Assembly: GCF_002797395.1 (NCBI RefSeq)
Contig: NZ_KZ454943.1
Coordinates: forward strand, 4,135,700 to 4,159,699
DNA from: Bacillus solitudinis
Lineage (GTDB): Bacteria > Bacillota > Bacilli > Bacillales > Bacillaceae_D
DNA length: 24,000 nucleotides
Reading direction: 5' to 3'
A model generated the notes under the pieces. It was not told the origin of the DNA. It did not search any database and saw only the letters and a program-made list of their open reading frames with translations. Below are positions 16,946 through 24,000 of the stretch, piece by piece (within the stretch, counting starts at the first letter, position 1; each line of letters opens with the position of its first letter). The position numbers and the translations under genes were made by a program.

Positions 16946-18769
16946 GTGAGTAATCAAAATAATAAGGTTTTTAGGACGTTCATTGGCTTTCTACTCCTCT
17001 GGATTTTATTTGGATATAATCCTCAATTAACGTTTTCTACAAATGAACATTCAGTTTTAGAAAATAGATTAGAGAATTATATGATAGAACATGAGGGAAA
17101 TATTGCTGGATTAGCAACGATTGTGATAGACCAGGATGAACTAATTTATAAGATGAAAGGTTATTCAAATATAGAAGAACAAGTTCTAGTTAATGAAAAT
17201 ACTGTCTTTGAATGGGGATCTGTTTCTAAAATTCTAATTTGGATCAGTGTTTTACAATTAGTAGAGACAGGAAAGCTTGATTTAGAAACAGATATCGAAA
17301 CGTATTTGCCAAATGATTTCCGTTCCAAATCAAAATTCGAGGACCCAATCACGATGCATCACTTAATGCATCATACAGCGGGATTTGATGATAGTTATAC
17401 AGACTTAATGATTCATAGTCCAACCAAAAAGAACTCATTAAGAGAAGTACTCGAAGCTGCAGATATTAAACAAGTTTTTCCTCCTGGTGATGTTGTTGCT
17501 TATTCAAATTATGGAAGTGGCCTCGCTGCCTACATTGTTGAAGAAGTTAGTGGTCTAGACTATCAAGAATACGTATGGAAGAATATTTTTGAACCACTTC
17601 AAATGACGAAAACAGCAATAGATCCTGAACTAGATGATAACAAATGGGTGAAAGAACAGAGGGGAGAGGTGCAGGGCTATTCAAATGCACTGCAATTAAT
17701 TGAACCTAACTTTTACTCGATTCCCATTTATCCGGTAGGTAGTGCTATGGGAACAGCGACAGATCTACAAAAGTTATTACAAGCGTTATTAGCTGAAGAT
17801 GGAACCCCTTTATTTAAAGATAGAAGAACGATTGATATCATGTTTGAACCAACATTATATTATCCGGAAACCAATATCCCAAGGGTCGCAAACGGTTTAT
17901 TTTATTTACCTTCGAAAAGTCAACATGTTTTTGGTCAAGGTGGAAACTCTAAGGCGTTTAGCTCTTCTTTTTATGTAGATAGAAAAGAACGTATCGGTGT
18001 TTTAGTTTTGACGAACGTTAAGGACGAAAATACGTTTACATCGGGCATACCTGAAATCATTTTTGGTGAATATGCACATCTAGAAAATGACGTAATTTTG
18101 GAAAATTCATCCCAATGGACTGGTATTTATGAGCCGGCTCGGGTACCTCGACACGGATTTAGTAGGGTGTATGGATTATTTTTAAGAAGCAATACGAAAC
18201 AGAGCGGGTCACACAATTTAATAATAAACGACTTGTATTATTCACAGTTAGAACCAAGCATCTATAAAGCAGAAGATGTTTTCAGTATGTACAGTGTGGA
18301 CGTTTATTCAAAACATCCCCAAATTAAAAAAATGTTATCTAATACATATTCAGACTTACTTTACGTTCCTTATTATAAACACCTCCTAGAGTGGGGAGGA
18401 ATTATTCTAGGAATACTAGCTGTAACGTTTTCTTTAATCTATGTTTTAGTCACTATTTTAAAAAGGATATGGAATAAGAAAAGACTACATATATTCCTTT
18501 TTTCTCAACATACTTTAAATCTACTTATGTTTACGAACGTTCTTTGGATAGTTTATAAGACCTTATCAATGGTAAGTTATTCATTTCTCAAACCATTCTT
18601 AACGTTAAATGTAATTTATATAGTTATTGTTCTCGTCAATAGTGTATTTTTCATTGTTAAAATAAAGAGTACTAGGTTAACAAAATATAAAAAACTAGTT
18701 TGGATTATGACAATTATTTGTGCATTTATATTATGTGTAAATATTTTGTATTGGGAATTTTATTATTAA
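16946..18769 (+). CDS. serine hydrolase (beta-lactamase/PBP family) with a C-terminal polytopic membrane region
   Basis: SxxK in EWGSVSKIL and YxN in AYSNYG. N-terminal signal or anchor. Four or five hydrophobic helices in the last ~150 aa. GTG start 10 nt after AAAGGGGGG. Confidence 0.8.
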   Translation: MSNQNNKVFRTFIGFLLLWILFGYNPQLTFSTNEHSVLENRLENYMIEHEGNIAGLATIVIDQDELIYKMKGYSNIEEQVLVNENTVFEWGSVSKILIWISVLQLVETGKLDLETDIETYLPNDFRSKSKFEDPITMHHLMHHTAGFDDSYTDLMIHSPTKKNSLREVLEAADIKQVFPPGDVVAYSNYGSGLAAYIVEEVSGLDYQEYVWKNIFEPLQMTKTAIDPELDDNKWVKEQRGEVQGYSNALQLIEPNFYSIPIYPVGSAMGTATDLQKLLQALLAEDGTPLFKDRRTIDIMFEPTLYYPETNIPRVANGLFYLPSKSQHVFGQGGNSKAFSSSFYVDRKERIGVLVLTNVKDENTFTSGIPEIIFGEYAHLENDVILENSSQWTGIYEPARVPRHGFSRVYGLFLRSNTKQSGSHNLIINDLYYSQLEPSIYKAEDVFSMYSVDVYSKHPQIKKMLSNTYSDLLYVPYYKHLLEWGGIILGILAVTFSLIYVLVTILKRIWNKKRLHIFLFSQHTLNLLMFTNVLWIVYKTLSMVSYSFLKPFLTLNVIYIVIVLVNSVFFIVKIKSTRLTKYKKLVWIMTIICAFILCVNILYWEFYY

Positions 18770-18834
18770 ATGTTTCATGTGAATGTTGTGGAAAGTAGTT
18801 ATAGTACAAACGGGCGCGATGTAGCAGAACGAGA

Positions 18835-18866
18835 AGGACAGTAAATGCTGTCCTACTTTCTTTTTT
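18835..18866 (+). terminator. intrinsic terminator
   Basis: aggacag / ctgtcct form a 7-bp stem with a 6-nt loop, followed by actttcTTTTTT. Confidence 0.75.
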
Positions 18867-19034
18867 CTTCGCCCAACCGTGAAACGTGCTACAGAAGGGA
18901 ATTTAGAGGTTTTATGTCCCCTCAGCCGTTCTTGCTTGGGCAAAGTTCTGAGGAATTTATATCTTATGAAAATGATCGTATTAGCGATAGGGAAGTGCTC
19001 CTGAGACCTGGTGCATTCTGAAAACTAATGCAAG

Positions 19035-19077
19035 GAGCTGCCTCTTTAGTCACCCATGACGAAGGACAGCTCTTTTT
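19035..19077. terminator. long imperfect hairpin, possibly a bidirectional terminator
   Basis: gagctgcc...gacagctc outer stem with inner gtca/tgac pairing. TTTTT follows on the + strand. It lies 14 nt past the LysM gene stop on the - strand. Confidence 0.45.
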
Positions 19078-19090
19078 GCTTGTATTAATG

Positions 19091-19663
19091 TTATTGACAA
19101 TTTCCAGCAAGGATTATACCTTCTAAGACAGGAGCACCTGAAGTGCCAGCCAACGAATTAAAAGGGCGTACTACTACACGCGAGTTTGGCGTAACGGATG
19201 CAGCGGTAGGAAGTTCTATTCGGGATGACCAAGTAGGTGGGTCTTCCGGAGTAGCAAATAACTGGTTTCCAAAGCTACCAGTCCCGGGAATGATGATTTC
19301 ACCTGTATACTTGTCAAAATTACCGAAAACTTTAGGCTGCGGTAAGGTTACCATAATGCTCACAGCCTGACCTCCTCTTGGACCAAAATTCACATAAGCT
19401 ACGCCACCTGTACCGAATGGTACTCTCCCTCGGGGCCGTAAAGACGTACAGCAGGGGTAAGGGATTAAACCCGGAACGCAGAGGATGTCCCCGGGGAATA
19501 ATACATTAGGATTTGGAATATGGGGATTGTTAACTGCAAGTGCTTCTATTCTTACTCTGAATATCTGCGCAATGGTATAGAACGTGTCTCCTGGAATTAC
19601 GGTATACCGACCCAAAAACCCCGGTGGACAGTTCCCTGGTATTCTTGCTTGTTGTCTATACAT
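19091..19663 (-). CDS. LysM domain protein with a Pro/Gly-rich C-terminal domain of unknown function
   Basis: LysM motif YTVIPGDTFYTIAQIFRVRIEALAVNNPHIPNPNVLFPGDILCVP. ATG at 19663 lies 7 nt after GGGAGG. Local GC is about 50% against 22-38% nearby. Confidence 0.8.
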   Translation of the reverse strand: MYRQQARIPGNCPPGFLGRYTVIPGDTFYTIAQIFRVRIEALAVNNPHIPNPNVLFPGDILCVPGLIPYPCCTSLRPRGRVPFGTGGVAYVNFGPRGGQAVSIMVTLPQPKVFGNFDKYTGEIIIPGTGSFGNQLFATPEDPPTWSSRIELPTAASVTPNSRVVVRPFNSLAGTSGAPVLEGIILAGNCQ

Positions 19664-19737
19664 AAATCTGCCTCCCAATCGTAAAAACCTTATTTTACAG
19701 TATGTAGTAAGGTTTAAAATGGGTATGCTTTTTTGAA

Positions 19738-20091
19738 TTATGAATTAATTATCATCAAAACAGTAAAAACACTATCCTTTTTGGTAACCTGTCCCTTTTC
19801 TAACAGTAATTCTGTCGTTTGGTGATACATTCTTTTTCCATCATTATCGCATGAATCATAAAAATATCTTAAATCCTTTCGTACAGAGGCACTAAGTGAT
19901 GTCATGTGTCCCAATAAACCATGTAACGTCATAACGTGTAAATAGTGTAAACAAAATATGTCCGAAAACAATCTTTTTGTTCCTTTATTAAGATCTGCAT
20001 CAGTAAACCCAATGGGTACAGGAAATCCCTCGTTTTCAATAAACGTAGCTATCTGTTTCTTCTGTTTTGCAAATGTACTTATAGCATCTAC
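19738..20091 (-). pseudogene. DUF3231-family fragment, truncated at both ends
   Basis: FIENEGFPVPIGFTDADLNKGTKRLFSDIFCLHYLHVM...LLLEKG matches the first-repeat core of ~330-aa DUF3231 proteins. The N-terminal ~50 and C-terminal ~180 residues are absent. The track ORF's N-terminal extension overlaps the DinB start and looks spurious. Confidence 0.6.
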
Positions 20092-20145
20092 TTTGAGTTT
20101 AGTGTTAAATATTAACACTACAAATTTTATATAAACAATTAAATA

Positions 20146-20634
20146 ATGGGAGTGTTTACATTGAGAAATTTTTTTGAATATAACTGGCAAGTAAGAGACG
20201 AGTGGTTTGACTGGTGTAAACAACTACCAAATGACGAGTTGTTAAAAGACCGAACTGGAGGAGTAGGAAGTATATTATATACACTTTTTCACATCATTGA
20301 TGTTGAGTACAGTTGGGTTCGTGGTATTCAAAGCAAAGAAGATGTTGCATTTGAATTTACTGATTACAATACTGTTGAAATGGTTAAATCTATTTCAGAT
20401 AGATTTCGAAATGAAGTAGCTGAATTTCTAAATAAAAACTTAGATGAACTAAATGAAAAAGTGATAAGTGTCCCTTGGGACGAAGATAAATATACTGTTG
20501 AAGAGATATTACATCATATTATCGCTCATGAGATTCACCACATTGGACAACTCTCTGTTTGGGCTAGAGAATTGGAGCTTAATCCCGTATCAGCTAATTT
20601 CATTGGAAGGAAGTTTCGACCGATAAATTCTTAA
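20146..20634 (+). CDS. DinB-family (DinB_2 / YfiT-like) putative metal-dependent protein
   Basis: Four-helix DinB pattern with His residues: LFHIIDVEYSW and HHIIAHEIHHIGQLSVWAREL. An alternative TTG start at 20161 has a better RBS (GGGAG, 8 nt). Confidence 0.8.
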   Translation: MGVFTLRNFFEYNWQVRDEWFDWCKQLPNDELLKDRTGGVGSILYTLFHIIDVEYSWVRGIQSKEDVAFEFTDYNTVEMVKSISDRFRNEVAEFLNKNLDELNEKVISVPWDEDKYTVEEILHHIIAHEIHHIGQLSVWARELELNPVSANFIGRKFRPINS

Positions 20635-20656
20635 TTAAGCTAAACCAGCTAATAGT

Positions 20657-20971
20657 TTGTCAACATTTTTCAATCATCTGAAAAAGAGCGCAATGAATAA
20701 TAGTGAGATTGATGAAAATAATGTAAGTTTTGCTGACTTTTCAAACCCCGAAAACATTTGGGAGAAGGAAGAGCGAGATAATGTATTGCATATAGCCATT
20801 CAACAATTAAAAGAACCATACAAACAAGTAGTTGTTCTTCGTAGTTTTAATGAATTAAGTTTTAAAGAAATAGGTAATATCTTTGAAGAAAGCGAGAACT
20901 GGGCGAGAGTTACTTTCCATAGAGGGAAACAAAAGTTAAGAGAGATTTTAAAAAAGGGGAAATTCAATTGA
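20657..20971 (+). pseudogene. ECF (sigma-70 family) sigma factor fragment: region 4 only, region 2 missing
   Basis: STFFNHLKKS resembles the end of region 2.4. The region 4 HTH is YKQVVVLRSFNELSFKEIGNIFEESENWARVTFHRGKQKLRE. All frames are closed between the DinB stop (20634) and 20657, and there is no SD. Confidence 0.7.
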
Positions 20972-21564
20972 ACATAAAATGTGAAGTGATTCAAGATTTA
21001 TTACCTTCCTATATTGAGGGATTAACAAGCGATGAAAGCAATAAATTGGTTAATAGTCATTTAAGTGAATGCCAGAGTTGCTGTCAAGTATATAACGAAA
21101 TGAAACAAGAGATACCGATTACTATCCAAAATACGGAGAAACCTTCTAATAACAGTGAAAAGAAATTAGTAAAGAGGATAAAAAACAAAATATTTACGGT
21201 CATCACTACTTTAGTTATCACCTTTTCACTATTAGGTTTCTTCATAGGTGCATTTGGTAATGTTATATTTCAAGAAGGCAACCCAATTCCAGTTATCTCA
21301 TCAATTATAGAACTTGAATTCACTGATGCCGAATATGTAGTGTTTTCAACTGGTCCTGACCGATACGTTTCTGAATTCAAATCAGGTGATAATAGATATT
21401 CGGTTGTACTAAAGTATATGAGGGAACAAGGATGGGATTTTAAAGAACAAATGGGTTCTGGACTGATTTTTGAAAATGAAGCAGAAGAAATTGTTGTTGA
21501 GACAAGACAATATACTAGAAAATATTTCATTTGGAGTGTCCCAGAAATAGAAACTAAGGAATAA
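20968..21564 (+). CDS. zinc-binding (ZAS-type) anti-sigma factor, single-pass membrane protein
   Basis: The TTG start overlaps the sigma stop (ATTGA). N-terminal zf-HC2 motif HLSECQSC (H-x3-C-x2-C). TM helix IFTVITTLVITFSLLGFFIGAF. Confidence 0.75.
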   Translation: MNIKCEVIQDLLPSYIEGLTSDESNKLVNSHLSECQSCCQVYNEMKQEIPITIQNTEKPSNNSEKKLVKRIKNKIFTVITTLVITFSLLGFFIGAFGNVIFQEGNPIPVISSIIELEFTDAEYVVFSTGPDRYVSEFKSGDNRYSVVLKYMREQGWDFKEQMGSGLIFENEAEEIVVETRQYTRKYFIWSVPEIETKE

Positions 21565-21814
21565 CTCTTTAATTAAAGGAGTGCGATTTCTTAACAAGGG
21601 CAGTTGCCACTTGTGATAACAAGCAGCGGGTTGAGTAATAAAATCGTGTTAGAATAAGCAAAAGATATACTAATATAGGAGATAATTTGGATAACATTCT
21701 AAGAATACTAGCGGATTTTAAAAACGAATTGAATAATCCGTTTCCATACAAGGAAACAGATAAGATACAAGAAGATTTCAAAAAACAGTTTCAAAAGTTA
21801 TCAGAAGATTTAAC

Positions 21815-21934
21815 ACGTACTGCATCTGCTGCGCCATAAAGCTCTTTAAAAGGTGACTTTGTGAGAGAATGTACTTAAAGTGACGGTCAGAATAGTACAA
21901 TAAGAAAACCATATTTACCGTATTATAAATATTG
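21815..21934 (+). repeat. Copy B of the ~120-nt dispersed intergenic homology block
   Basis: See copy A. The core at 21854-21879 (tgactttgtgagagaatgtacttaaa) is followed by taccgtatta at 21916-21925. Its left part overlaps the 3' end of a 50-codon ORF (21687-21839). Confidence 0.6.
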
Positions 21935-22012
21935 TATTTAGTATACTTTAATTGCTAAGCTGAGGAATGGTGAGGTAAAGAATATTTATTCGTGTAAAGG
22001 AGTGTGTTCATT

Positions 22013-22447
22013 ATGGTTGGCGTGGAAATTGATATGGTTGTGAAAGATAGCTTAAAAGCATTGGAATTATACGAAAATATATTTGATATCGAGCGTGTGG
22101 AGGTTTCAAACTTTCCTCGTGGTGAAAATGAGGTAGTTTTTACCCTATACGACGTTCGCTTTCATATGTTAGATGAAAACCCAGAATTTCATTTGATCGC
22201 ACCAACTCCAGACCACCCTAAAACGAGTTGGGTGAATGTTACTGTCCCAGACATTAAGGAGACCTATACAAAGGCGATGGGTTTAGGTTGTGCAGAGATT
22301 CAACCAGTGACGGATATGCCTGACTATGGAGTATCGAACGCCATATTTATGGACCTGTTTGGTTATATATGGATGTTGCATCAAGTACATAAAGAAGTTA
22401 GTCATGAAGAACGTATACAGCTTTGGGAGGAAAAAAGAGAGAAATAA
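22013..22447 (+). CDS. VOC-family (glyoxalase/bleomycin-resistance/PhnB-like) protein
   Basis: 144 aa. ATG at 22013 lies 10 nt after AAGGAG; the track's GTG at 22004 abuts the RBS. The LYENIF...FGYIWML pattern is typical of small VOC/PhnB proteins. Confidence 0.7.
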   Translation: MVGVEIDMVVKDSLKALELYENIFDIERVEVSNFPRGENEVVFTLYDVRFHMLDENPEFHLIAPTPDHPKTSWVNVTVPDIKETYTKAMGLGCAEIQPVTDMPDYGVSNAIFMDLFGYIWMLHQVHKEVSHEERIQLWEEKREK

Positions 22448-22657
22448 CAATCGGTGCGAGAGTTGAAAATCCTAATAAGATTGGCAGTTATTTTTTTCTT
22501 ATAGTAAAAGGCAGATTTCTTAGAAGATGGGAAGGTCTCGTTTATTGAACTTTTATAAGTACATCAGTAAATAAGGTATATAAATAAATATATGAATACT
22601 CAGCCATTAGTAAGTATAGGAAACCGTAATACATTCGAAAAAAGGGAGGTAACATTC

Positions 22658-23134
22658 ATGGGTAACTATGGCAGTCTCCATGAAAAAGAAGGAAGACACG
22701 TTTTGGTTTTTGAAAGGAAATATCCATTTATTCCTGAAAACGTATTTCGTTTTATAACGGATCCTGATTACTTCACTCAGTGGTATCCATTTGCAACTGG
22801 AGATATGGACCTTACTGTTGGTGGACAGATAAAGTTTAACGATGGTGAAGGGTCAATTTATGAGGCGGTTATTACCGAATTAAATCCTCCATATTCCTTT
22901 TGTTTTCGGGAAGTTGATGATTTGTTAGAGATAAGAATACATGAAGCGGCTCAAGGGTGCACCTTGACATTTAGTCATACGTTTGATGATCGAGCAATGG
23001 CGAAATATATAGCTGCAGGATGGCATAGATGCTTGGATGTCCTTGGTCAATTAATCCATAGTCGTACAATAGAATGGGAAGATAATGCACTTGAATTACG
23101 CAAATACTATAAAAAAAGTATTTGTGAAGATTAA
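22658..23134 (+). CDS. SRPBCC-superfamily protein (AHSA1-like)
   Basis: ATG at 22658 lies 8 nt after AGGGAGG. VFERKYPFIPENVFRFITDPDYFTQWYP...AAGWHRCLDVL is the typical pattern. Confidence 0.8.
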   Translation: MGNYGSLHEKEGRHVLVFERKYPFIPENVFRFITDPDYFTQWYPFATGDMDLTVGGQIKFNDGEGSIYEAVITELNPPYSFCFREVDDLLEIRIHEAAQGCTLTFSHTFDDRAMAKYIAAGWHRCLDVLGQLIHSRTIEWEDNALELRKYYKKSICED

Positions 23135-23394
23135 GCATTTTTTAATTAACTTACATAGATGTTAGCCGAATGCACAATCCGTCATACGATCAATCATAGG
23201 TGGTCGTATATTTATATTTTGGAATTCACGAAAGCAGATTGTATAGCTTATTCAAAGCTATAACTCCACAATCGTTATTGTTGTGCGTGATCAGGCATCT
23301 CAACAACCAGTTGCAACAAAAACTATATCTATGGTGTTAACATTGAAGAATTGAAAGAAATAATCTAGAATCAGATTAATACCGAAGTTCAATA

Positions 23395-23459
23395 TTAACA
23401 TAAAACCAAAAGGTGTTATAGTATCGGAAATAAAACGAAATGAATTTATTTATTTTCCG
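23395..23459 (+). promoter_or_regulatory. candidate promoter plus inverted repeat (possible ArsR operator) for the SRPBCC-ArsR operon
   Basis: TTAACA (23395-23400), 16-nt spacer, then TGtTATAGT with the -10 hexamer at 23417-23422. Imperfect IR CGGAAAtaAAA-N13-TTTatTTTCCG at 23425-23459, spanning the predicted +1 region. Confidence 0.4.
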
Positions 23460-23479
23460 TAAAAAAAGGAGAAATTACT

Positions 23480-23899
23480 ATGGAAACATTACAAGATATT
23501 AAGCAAACAGTCATATTTGAAGCACCTATTCAAAAAGTTTGGGATACGGTATCAACTTCTGAGGGTATTGCATCATGGTTTATGCCAAATGATTTTGAAC
23601 CTAAAGTTGGACATGAATTTAATCTACAATCTCCATTTGGTCCATCCCCATGCAAAGTATTAGAAGTGGGTGAACCGTACAAGCTTTCATTTTCATGGGA
23701 TACAGATGGATGGGTGGTGTCTTTTCTCCTAAAAGACTTGGGTGAAAAAACAGAGTTTACACTTATTCATGGGGGCTGGAAATCTCAAGATACAATCCTT
23801 CCAAAAGCGAATGAGAAAAGTTTTGTTATTCGTGAAAGAATGGATAATGGTTGGGTGGAGATTATTAATGAACGACTTCGTAAGGTTGTTGAAGGCTAA
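23480..23899 (+). CDS. SRPBCC-superfamily protein (AHSA1/YndB-like)
   Basis: 139 aa with an [38 protein letters not shown] is a typical N-terminus. Confidence 0.85.
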   Translation: METLQDIKQTVIFEAPIQKVWDTVSTSEGIASWFMPNDFEPKVGHEFNLQSPFGPSPCKVLEVGEPYKLSFSWDTDGWVVSFLLKDLGEKTEFTLIHGGWKSQDTILPKANEKSFVIRERMDNGWVEIINERLRKVVEG

Positions 23900-24000
23900 G
23901 TGACAGCAGCAAAGCATAATGTACTACAAGCTATTGCTGATCCAACTAGAAGAAAAGTTCTTCGGTTGCTAGCGAACAACGAATTAGCTATCACAGAAAT
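23900..24000 (+). CDS. ArsR/SmtB-family regulator, N-terminal part (continues beyond the window)
   Basis: The GTG at 23900 abuts the upstream stop codon. VLQAIADPTRRKVLRLLANNELAITE is the canonical ArsR N-terminus. Confidence 0.8.
   Translation, partial: MTAAKHNVLQAIADPTRRKVLRLLANNELAITE

Noticed and set aside
18880-18885. TGAAAC, a possible ECF (sigmaW-type) -35 element
   Set aside because: No CGTA-type -10 lies 16-17 nt downstream (the sequence there is ttta). The taccgtatta boxes at 11441 and 21916 likewise lack a TGAAAC at the correct spacing.
18915-19019. 35-codon ORF (MSPQPFLLGQSSEEFISYENDRISDREVLLRPGAF) between two terminators in a GC-elevated spacer
   Set aside because: It has a poor RBS (AGAGG at 4-nt spacing) and no recognisable family. 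It may be a gene remnant, but this cannot be supported from the sequence alone.
21687-21839. 50-codon TTG-initiated ORF (LDNILRILADFKNELNNPFPYKETDKIQEDFKKQFQKLSEDLTRTASAAP)
   Set aside because: The SD-to-start spacing is only 4-5 nt and no family is recognised. Its 3' end is part of the dispersed homology block, so it may be a fragment of a duplicated gene. It is reported under the repeat finding, not as a CDS.
22556-22564. Possible fourth, minus-strand copy of the TGTGA..TGTACTTA motif
   Set aside because: Only the 9-nt atgtactta core matches and the TGTGA half is absent, which is consistent with chance.

Overview
The window looks like a low-GC, Bacillaceae-type chromosomal accessory region: a T-box leader, sigmaA-like promoters, GGAGG ribosome-binding sites and a bglPH-like operon. 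All calls come from reading the sequence and ORF translations; no database search was run.

Layout, left to right:
- 3' end of an EAL-domain gene, then an acetamidase/formamidase gene.
- An intact-looking tryptophan T-box leader that now drives only a gutted trpS remnant.
- A SAM methyltransferase and a beta-lactamase-family serine hydrolase.
- A decayed ArsR / DUF1801 / small-protein cluster, convergent with an ArsR -> SRPBCC -> tandem-VOC operon on the minus strand.
- A divergent MocR-type regulator and EamA transporter pair.
- A frameshifted lipoprotein gene.
- A beta-glucoside PTS EIIBCA plus 6-phospho-beta-glucosidase operon behind a leader terminator.
- A 5'-truncated, nonsense-bearing IS3-family remnant.
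- A small membrane protein and a 607-aa serine hydrolase with a polytopic C-terminus.
- A GC-rich LysM gene.
- A junction holding a DUF3231 fragment, a DinB gene, an ECF sigma fragment and an intact zinc anti-sigma gene.
- A second set of VOC / SRPBCC / SRPBCC-ArsR genes running off the right edge.

No rRNA, tRNA, CRISPR array, prophage or recognisable defence system is present, and I cannot point to a complete novel multi-gene system.

Most notable observations:
1. About 7 of 28 genes are damaged. Two of the lesions are T6 homopolymer frameshifts, each repaired by adding one T, so sequencing error is possible.
2. A T-box is retained in front of a deleted trpS.
3. A conserved VOC gene has a strong SD but only ATT/ATA at its start position.
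4. An 18-nt motif occurs in three intergenic regions; two copies sit in a roughly 120-nt homologous block.
5. ArsR/SRPBCC/VOC modules of unknown function are iterated, with palindromic operator candidates.
6. A promoter-to-terminator unit of about 150 nt downstream of the bgl operon is a candidate sRNA.
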